Assembly (NCBI GenBank): GCA_002633005.1
Contig: NMRA01000002.1
Span: forward strand, 2,592,802-2,656,801
Reading direction: 5' to 3'
DNA from: Phoronis australis
Taxonomy: Eukaryota; Animalia; Phoronida
Length of the DNA: 64,000 nucleotides
The notes under the pieces were generated by a model that had not been told where the DNA came from, made no database searches, and saw only the letters and a program-made list of their open reading frames with translations. The translations under genes and the position numbers were made by a program. This document shows, piece by piece, positions 36,401 to 46,300 of this stretch (positions are counted from its first letter, which is position 1; each line of letters opens with the position of its first letter).

Positions 36401-39400
36401 CGGACTTGATCTGTTTGAAACATAGAAAACACCCCTGCACCTAAACGTTTTCTGGCCGGAGCCTGGCGGTATTCTGCATCAGCACTAGTCAACTTCGTTT
36501 GCTGCTGTTGAAATGTTATCTTCTGCGCCCTTCGCTGCTGCAGAAACTCCTCCCCCGTCGTCGGCCTGTCTTCGCCCTTAAATATGCGGGCTGCACTGTT
36601 TTCAAAACGCTTGCCAGGTGAGCTAGAAGGCTGAGCATTGATGGCCGCGGCAGGTGCCCTTATTGAATCTTGTAGTATAGTTGGCCTCATGATTCCGACC
36701 TCCTGATGCGTTCTTCTAATCATTGAATGACCGCCTACTTCCGGAATCAGGGCAGCAGATTGTTGATGACCTTGTTGCTCGTTTCTTAAGAATTCAGAAT
36801 CATGTTGTTGGTATAATGTTCGCAATATTTGATGTCCTTTCGTATCATCAGATGTTAGAGCTGACGTAGCGTTGGCAGTTTGATGGTCAGCTGCGAATGC
36901 TTTACCTCCAGTTACCTGCGGAGCCATAATGTCAGCTTGCATATGCTGTTGTTGCATTCGGTTCAGTTGTACTTCTTTAAATTCGTTCGGACTTGATAGA
37001 CTGAACCTTTTAATAGTTTTATCAATAGTTTTCTCGGCTTTCTTGCGAAGTTTGGGAAGGTAATCGTCGGTCACATCTTGTTTGAAAATGGCAAACGAAT
37101 TTGTTTGAAGTCGCTTTGCTGGCTCTGCCCGGTCGGCATGAGTGTCTGGTCCTTTTTCGTCTTGTTTATTTAGCATGTTAGTCTTCTGTACTTCCATATA
37201 TCGCCTACCGTTATCTGATCCTGTAAAGAGCGTTGTGTTTTGTGCCTCTTCAGCTACAGTTGCGGCGTCATCGTCAAATTTCTTAAAAGCTTGATCAAAG
37301 TGGCCTGAACCGGCTTTGATGGGTTCCGAAGTAGGTTGAACAATCGGTGCTTTAGAAATTAGCTCGGACAGTTGCTTTTTCTGTGACGTCTCTAGTGCAT
37401 CAACAACTTCCGTACGCAAGAATGCTCTTCCCCCAAGGATTTTACGCTTAGTATCGGCGTCAAACGGCACGCCTTCGTTAGATTTGGACAGATCCCTAGG
37501 AATTGCATAGCCTGGATTATGCCTGCCACCGATACTCAAAAGTCTGCCGGAATTGACATGGTAATCACCAGGGTAATAAGCTGGTTCACCCGGTACTTTT
37601 TCCTCCAACATTAGAGCTCGGCCTACTAAGAACTTCTTTTTCTCAATTTGTTCGCTCTCGCTGGTGGCTGCATATGTGCCATCCATTATTGCAGCTAATC
37701 CAGGTCGTGACCTAGCACAGATACTCATCAGTCTCTGCTTGGTTGGGGACTCTAATCTTTGTTTAGATTCCAATTCTGCGATTTTAGAGAGCTGTGCTTT
37801 TCTGTTCAATTCTCCTTGTTGCCCTGTAAACTTTGTCTGAGCGCGACCCAGAATGTCTTTCTTGGGATCGCTTCCGCTAAACGGTTTAACAATAAAGCTC
37901 TGCGGGAGTTCTGTAGCCGGTTTTATACTAGACGGATCTCCATAATATTCAGGCATTACCATTGGTGACGGAAGCTTTCTTTCAGCAGAGATAAACCAAG
38001 GGTTCGGCGGTTGCTCATTTCGACCTACCGAATCATTGCCATTGTATATTTTCCGACTTGGAACCTTCGATAGATCAGCAGTTCGTATACCTATTGCAGT
38101 ATGGGGTCGCGTATCCGATGCGTCATTAACTGTTCCAGCGAACCGCTTCTCAACTTGTCTTATGGGTTTGAGTGTTCCAATTGCCTTCAGTGCTGGTTTA
38201 GGTTCTTGCTTGGCTGATTTTGATCCATCAAATATTGCAAAACGATTATTGTTTAGAGCTGGAGAATGTTTAACCGTCAACGCTTCTATTTGCTGCTTTG
38301 GACTTGCGCGTTCCTGTCTCTGGAACATTTTCCAGCGATCCTGGATAAGCGGAGAGTTTTGAACAATTGACGCATCAGGCACTGGTCGCCGTCGGTCTTT
38401 TTCAGGTTCACGTGCAGTAATGCCTGCCGTGGTGGTGGGCATTTTCCGAAGGACCCCTTGAAACTCTGTTGGTGGATGATCAATTGATGCTATTCTAGTT
38501 TGTGTTTTCAATCGAGAATTAGGCGACAGGTAACCAGGTAATGGCACCATCGCAGACGCGCCACTCCAGTAGTCTTGAGGGGAAGGTCGCACTACTTGCG
38601 GAAAATCGGTAGTTGGTTGTATGGTGTGTGTTATTTGTTGTTGTCGTTGTTGGTTTTCAATGTAAGTGTGGTAGTCACCCATGTTTGGCACATTTCTCTG
38701 AAATTGCTCAGAAGCAGGCACCGGGTAGGCACCCCAGTTGAGTGTGTCGTCATATGCTCGAGAGATATGTGACGCCCATTGCTGATTGATAGGTGGCGGA
38801 GGTCCTATGTACACCTGCGGCTTTGATTTTATCCCAGAAGCATCTGAGGTTGGCAGCACCATAGGTTGTTGACCTGCAATGGGGGCTCCGAATGCAAAAT
38901 AGGCAGGCATACGTGCAGCGGATGCTTCTGTATACCTTGTTGTCTCTCCTGGAAATTGTTCCCTTGCTGATGTAAGCCTACCATTAGTATCCTGCCACAT
39001 ACTGGACGTTTGTCGGTCACTGGCTCTGCCCGATCTGATGGCAGACAGTTTTCCTATTGGTGTCTGTAATTCAGAGACTTTTGGAATTATATCTACAAGC
39101 TTTTTCCTCGAATCCACGGCAACGGTTACAAACAACGACCTTCCTGACATCTCTTTTTTCTTTTGAGTAAGTTCCATTAACTCTTCATCAGAAGTTTTAG
39201 GTTCGTCGCCTGGCTCTGCGTAACCAGGCTGTCTCCTACCGCTTATACTAAAGTGCCTTGTAGATTTCCCTTTGTAGTCAGTATCTTTGTGTCCCGGATC
39301 ACAAACCGGATCGACGTTCTCCATCGCTGCTCTCCCACCTAAAGCTTTTTTTCTTTCCACACTGTCGTACAAATCGATAATGTTTCCTAATGATACGTCA

Positions 39401-40029
39401 TTGATGAATGAGACCCCGGGCTGATTCCTGCCGCTGATGCTCATCAATCTCTCAGCTCGTTCCCTTATATCTCCCCTATTCTGTTTGTTGACTGGGATTG
39501 GTTGACCAGCCGGGCGTGGTGGTGTTAACTCTTTTGATTGTCGGGGCGTTGCCTCTTTTTTCTCGCCGTCATCTTTTTGTATACTTACTTCAAAGTCCAC
39601 GCCACCTTTGCCTTTCGTTTTATCTGGCTCTGTGTTCGTAATTTCGACATTGGCCAAATCTCGAAATTTCGTGAGTGGGGGAGATTCCATGATAAGCTGG
39701 GCAAGAGCAATAGGTTCAATTTCCCCCGTACCTTCGTGTGTTTCGTCCTCCATGTCGTTTAGTTTGTAAATATCGATGTAACAATCTGGCTTAGATTCAC
39801 CATCACGCAAAGCATGCACGTCGCTATTAAACGCTTGAGTTAGCGGTGCCATTTGCTCGACAGGCAGCGCCACGACATAACTTTTGGTAATAATGCAGGA
39901 ACCCTGGGTGCCATCAGAGCGAATGGTGGTTACATAACTTCCCGCCAAATTCGATTTGTCCGACAGAGACATGTGCAAGGTACTTCGAGATCCATGCGAG
40001 AATTGAAGAAAACTTCCACAGTGTGATTG
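33417..40029 (-). CDS. Giant exon (~6.6 kb, ~2200 codons): five RLxSISGRxxPG-type motifs, KKSPPGG repeats, Gly/Lys tract, KNQSARD
   Basis: ORF 33298..39978 is open back to a TAG at 40032-40030 (weak phase-0 acceptor acacgtag|CAA; first ATG at 39972). Donor CAAG|GTAAGC (phase 1) after SVHCLVQ. 5' boundary uncertain. Confidence 0.8.
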
Positions 40030-40928
40030 CTACGTGTCTTAAGTGCGCGAGCTCATTATGCAGGGTTAACAATGCTGCTCTCTCTCTTTCTAAAATATGT
40101 ATGTTTCCAAGTCTTGGAAAGGGAACGAGTTACAAACCTTGAACACATTCCGGTGACCTTGAAACATGATCATCTGACTCAAACATACAAGTGTTGCCTA
40201 AAGTTGGTTTCATTTAAGACAAGAGACTGGTTTGATACGAGATCTGTCGAATGTTGGTCGATATTACATTTTTAAACGTCGAGCATTTACTAGCAAAATG
40301 GCATAAATGGGATTAGAGTCGCATGAACGCTTGATCAAGCTGATGTAGTTGAGGAACTTTTTTGCGCTCAATTTCCGCGAAGTTAATGCTTAAGTGAACA
40401 CAGCGTGCGACGGCAAAGTGTATTTAATGTTAGCGTTTCTCACTCAGCGCGAGAACAACCAAACACGGCATAGAACGCCATCTGATGCCGCAATATGTCG
40501 TTATCGCTAGTACAGCGTATTAATTGAAGTGCCCTTCCTAAAAACAGTAAATGGTCTGTTCTTTCTGTTGAGCAATAGCTGAAGCACAGTTAGTTTATTT
40601 AGTTTCCAATAGATGGCGCTCGCCTACAGTACATACATTGTCTGTTACGTCCTCAATTAAGGTCAAGTTAATTTGGAACTTAAAAGCTCTACTCTAAATG
40701 CTGATTTTGCATACACAAAATCACTTATTGCAACACTTTCTATCACAACAACGTCCTTTCTATTTCATGACTGCCCGTCTGTCTGATTTGATATCGACTG
40801 ACCTTATGGTTTTGTGAGGCTATTCTTCCCGTGCACCGGCAATCTACGATCAACTCTGGAATCGTTATCGGTTACTCGCGTTTTGCATAAGTGATCCGAG
40901 TTTGTGGTATACGATTCATATTATTAAG

Positions 40929-41878
40929 CATAGGCGGATTTAGGGGGGGCCCGCCCCCCCCCCCCCTTGGCTGCCGCAAAAACAATGAAACAGTAAGAGC
41001 GTAGGGAAATGGTGAGTNGGGGGGGGGTGGAGCTCAAACCCAATTTCAAGTGTCAAATTCGGAACACGGCGCATTCGTAACGGAACTACACGTATGGCTA
41101 AGTATAGGCTCTCCCGCGATATCCCAGGCGACCGGCAGTGGCGCTGCGCACTACGACTCCGTTTTCGTCGTTTGCTCCACTTTGCAATGAAGAAAATTTA
41201 CTTCATTTTTTAAAGAGAATGGAACCTGAGTGACGATGAAAAAACAGAAGCTGCTGGTAAGATGTGAATTTTAATCGAAGCCTTATTGAATCACTCAGAA
41301 ACTCGCAATACTCTCTTTGTCAAACCTTTTTTTAGGACGATTTCCAAAGCAATCCCGTCATTATTGCCAACACGAAAAACGGATTTGGTCTTTTGGGCAT
41401 TTGAAGACTATTTTAAGTACGACAAATTTGTTAAGAATTGGTGGCACAAAATATAAAACGTATAGCATTACGAAAAGAAGTAGGTTTCGCGCGCAAACGC
41501 TGTGGACCATAAACAAGTAGGTCTTTTAGTATGTGGTAAGTAGTTAAATCGTGTTGGTGTAGTAGTAACGCACGCGCCCTCTAGGCGACAGGTCGTAAGT
41601 TCGAGTCTTTGGTACGTTCATTTTTTTCTGTTTGACACGATCTCCGTGTTTTTTTGTTTTTTTTTTCTCCTTTTTTTCTTGGATAATACTTCAGGAATCA
41701 AGGAAAATGCTTGATTTTTAGAGGTAAAAACAGAAAAATTTCCTGAACGGGCAAACCCCCCTCCCGACCTCCCCCCATTCGGTGCTATGCGCATCTACAA
41801 TTATGGTTCACTTTGCGCAAATGCTTACAGCCGGACAAAATGGTGGGCCCCCTTTGTGATATCCTAGATCCGCCACTG
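40929..41878. mobile_element. Non-autonomous TIR element with 5-bp target-site duplication
   Basis: ttaag|cataggcggatttagg ... tcctagatccgccactg|ttaag. Contains an N at 41018. Confidence 0.75.
41549..41627 (+). other. tRNA-derived (SINE-head-like) segment with Pol III A and B boxes
   Basis: A-box-like TGGTGTAGTAG at 41555, B-box GTTCGAGTC at 41599, T run at 41621. Stems are too degenerate for a functional tRNA. Confidence 0.5.
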
Positions 41879-43352
41879 TTAAGGGAGGAAGGAATGATTT
41901 AATATTAAGTACGTTTCCTCGCGAGCGAATGACGGTAAAGTATATATATATATGTGCGACTCAAAGCACTTGATTTGTATTCTGACAAAAGATTTGCTGT
42001 TCAGTTATAAATTTAGGGCTTTTCACGCGGGTCTCTTTTGCGTATTTTTCCGTTATATTCTCCGCAAAATTTCCCCAGAATTTTTACTCAAGAGAGCAAA
42101 ATTTTCACTTCATACGGTAAGTTATCATTCTAGCCTTGACAACGAAGCAAAGATAATTTAAAACTATCCTTTCTACCGACCTACCCATCTCAGACGACTG
42201 GGGGTAGGGCGAGGGGAAACAAACTATATTTAATGATACGGATTGATGGAAGTTCATCAGCAATATTTGCTCCAAAGCTTTTTTTAGTGTTTCTGACGTT
42301 TTATTGAGTAAACCAATCTTTTTGAAAACGATACCACTTAAATTTAACTTACATACCTACAGACGCTAGTAGTCTTCAAACTATACAACTCCACTGTCTT
42401 GTGTTGGCTCCTTCATTCACTTTCTCGTGTTTCACACATGCGCACACCCAGCCTAAAAATGGTGGGGCTCGAATTTTTGAGAATGTGAACCTTTTACTAA
42501 AAAATCGGGGTACTTTCAGAGCTGTGAATTGTGCATTCGCCAAATTTTGGTAGTTCCTGCCTTTTTAGTGGACTTTTGTCTCCTTTTCTTGGAGTTTTCG
42601 TTTCTCTGAGGCGGACCTTTTTGCCAACTTCTCCCCCGCGAGTGAGCGCATGGTCATAGTGTCTGTTGGGTGGCATTAGCTTCCCACTGCATTCACACAA
42701 TGTTGTCAAGTCTACACATCCTCGTCGGTGGTTGCGATACAGTAATAACACAGTGGTTGAAAGCTATATCAAGGCACGTGACTGCTAATCTTTATTCGAG
42801 CCAAGTGTCAGGAAGTACGATTGGTCAGTTTCGAAGAAGGTCTTGAGTAAAGTTTGTGGCGACGGGTCCTGCACTAAGCAACACCTTTCCCCAACTAGTA
42901 GTAACATTAAGGGAACATTTGTCTCACAAAATCAAGTATGTGCAAAGTATCTAATAACACACTCATAAGGCTTCAACATGATATAGTTCACTTCAGCTAT
43001 GTCTGGTACAAATATACTAAAACAAAGCTTTGTCCACGGAACCAGGTAGACCAGTGCGTTCCATACAAGGGCCAACTACCACGTACCAGGTAAGGTAATC
43101 CCATTATTTAATGTAGATGCAAAAACACCAACACTAAAAATCCTTTATACTATTGAGTGCAAGTGACGTAAACTTCTAATCTTAAAAACCCAACACCCTT
43201 CGGCCTCAATAATTGTTTTCAACCAATATCGACTAAAGTTTGAAAATGATGCTGTTAAGCAAATGCTAATGCCACATACAACTCCCATGCACTCTACATA
43301 CGGCAGTCGCAATCATATCACCATAACCAGCCTCTCTTATAACGACACTTAC

Positions 43353-46300
43353 ATATTCGCCGGGTGCCGTGGGTGTGGAAAACTGCGGGCTTTGGCGTGG
43401 TTCCCCACGAATTCCGCTTTTACTGACAGATTGGCTGGGAAACATTACGCCTTTACTCGGTGACGTATCTAAAAATCCTCTACTGGCGGATGTGCCTGGT
43501 GCTATACGATAGCCACGTGTCCGTTTGTGGCTTGGATTGATTGTGTTTATTCCGCCAATCACACCGCCGCTGTCATTGTAACCGCGAAATGATGCTTTTG
43601 CTGAGGTACCTTGTTCGTCACGACCTGAACTGTACTGGTCCTTGCGTAGGGGCTCGTATCTGGCATTACCGTGACCACGTGACCCTGGTTCTGGTACAAT
43701 ATGATTTCTCCATACCCAGAAAGGCTCATTTGGTACTCTCTCTTCGTTTCTCGGAACAATTTCACCTGACGAGTGAGACTGAAATATACCTCGAATATGC
43801 TGTGCGGCTGGTGTCGCCATTCGATATGTTTCCACGTCTCGAATTCGCTCCGGTAGCGGATTGTTGAATATTTCGTTCTGAACGTCTGGCGGTATTTTGC
43901 TTCTCGACCGTAACAGTTGCAGGTATTGTTCTTTTTCGTCCAGGTCAGGAGGTAAGATGCCCTGAGTGAACGGACTATTAGAGGCAGCCCGTGTGTTAAG
44001 CAGCATTCCTATGTCAAACTCTCTTTGGAACATCCACGGGTTTGGATAGTATGGTCTGTCTGCTGTCATCTCTACCTGACCACCGCGAAGATCCGGACTG
44101 AGGCTGGAAGCGATCATATCGAACGGTGTAAGACCCCAGGATTCTCCGTGTGGCAGTCTATCAGAGGCCACAGTTTTATATTTAGCGGGCACCGGTCTAG
44201 GCTCATACTCTTTTTCATGACCCTTCTTCACATGTTTCAACTCAGTGCGAAGATGCACAAGGTCAGGTTTTTCACCGGCAACCTCCTTCATTCTGTGATG
44301 TTTCCGTTTCTCTACTTGCTCCAAGATAGCAAGGTGTTCGTTAAAGTTTTCAATTGATTCGCCGGGATCGCCACCAACGACATTTTGTGGAATGGCTTTT
44401 ATGTCGATGTGACCTGCCTCCAGTCCTGACTTGGCTGTTTTCTTTTCTTTTGATGGCGAGGCGCCAATCGCCTTGAATGTTTTGCTCGAAGAACTCTTGA
44501 GTGACGATTTAAGTGAAGTTTGGCTTGATTTTAGGCCTGCTGTAGTTGCAGATGTTTCGCCTGTTGCCTTAGTTCCACTTGCGGATGACTTCATCTTTGA
44601 GTCTGATCCCTTTGAACCTTCGGATGTCTTTGAGCCAGCAGAAGTGGTTGACTTTGCCTTTTTTAGTGACGTTGCTGATTTTGACGTTTTAGGAGATGTG
44701 TGTCCTCTGCTTGTCTTACTGTCCTTATTGCCTTTTTCTTTCTTTTTCATTACTGCTGAGCTAGATTTCTTTCCACCAAAGCAAGAAAAACCACCACCTT
44801 TTTTCTTCTGCTTCTTCCCACTCTTCTTACTCCCTGACTCACTTGGCTTGACATCAGGTTTACTTTTGTCCGTTTTGCTCTTGGACTTTTTTACACTCGT
44901 CCCACTCTTGGATTTCTTTGCCGATTTGCCAGATGACTTTTTACCCTTTGAAGATTTCTTCGAAGCAGACGTGTTGACATTACGCTTTCCTCTTTCCGAA
45001 GCTGATTTGTTTGTGTTTCCTCCCCTAATTTTGGGTTTGTTAGGGCTCATTAAGTTGTCGTAGTAAACTCCTTCTTCCTCATATAGTTGCTGCACTATTT
45101 GCTTGTGCCTGTGCTCCATTCTAGCCTCAATCTTTTTGACAATGTCATCTCCTGAAGGTTTGCAGGGTGCTGACATAAAAGACGTTCCCGGGAGGGACCG
45201 ATTCGAACTTTGACTACTTTGCACTTGATTAATTGGTCGATCTCTTGATTTGTTAATGTTCGGGCTAACAGTCGATTTATGTTTGCCTCTTGAGCTCGAT
45301 TTGTTGAGCTTTGGACTCTTGGTCGATTTTTGGCTGCCTTTCGAACTGGATTTGCTGACAGTGGAACTTGTGGTCGATTTCTGACTATTTTTAGACTTCG
45401 ATTTACTGGCTTTGGGACCACTGGTTGATTTCTGGCGGTCTTTAGACTTGGATTTTTTGTTTTTGGGACTCTTTGCTGAATTGTTAAGAGAAAGTCTTGT
45501 CACAAGCGAACATGAATTATAGTGCTCGGATATGATAGTTTTTGATGTAACCCGTCTGCAATAGCTTGAACGGGCATTACACGCTGTTCGCCTTAATTTG
45601 GCACTAGTCTCAGGAAGCTCTGTCTCTTGACAGTTAGCTGATTGATTAAAATTTACGGCATCTTTTTGACCCACACGTGACTCCAGTACATACCGTGTTT
45701 TCTGTGATTTCGCTGGTGACTGTGCTTTAGCCGGGGGAGTTTGTGTTAGTTTCGTCAACAAACCGTCGACAACATTCCTTAAACAATGGACTTTTTCAAG
45801 TTCTTTTTGGGTTTTTAACGGAATAGGAATTGGCAGATTTCGTGGAAATGTAGCTGGTTCAGTTTCGTACATTTCTGTACTCTTAGGGAAAAATTTTCTT
45901 TTTGCACACTCCACCACGTCTTTTAAAGAATCGCAAATTGTAGGCCCTCCTAGTGACGCTTTCAGAATAGCGGATTCACGGCAACGCGGTTTTTCTTTTC
46001 CAGATTCGGCTAGCAGGTCAGGTAATTCGCGTCTGAGCATGTCACGCGACATGCGTAAAGGTCCTGTTGGCTGATGATAAATTTCAGAACTAATAGGCGT
46101 AACCGCATGAGCACTATCGTAAGCTTTTAACAGTGAAGGTGTAGGTGAACCATCCGCAATATCACCGGAGAATCGCTGAGTTATAGACCCTCGTGACCCT
46201 CGGCCTCTATTTAGGGCTTTTGACTCTTCCTTTTCTTTTTCAATGGCTTTTCTTTCTTCTTTTAACTTAACCAAGGCAGCTTTGTCGGCCATATACTCGT

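Noticed and set aside
41549-41627. Functional tRNA gene (including an amber suppressor from the CTA triplet)
   Set aside because: Acceptor, anticodon and T stems do not pair properly.
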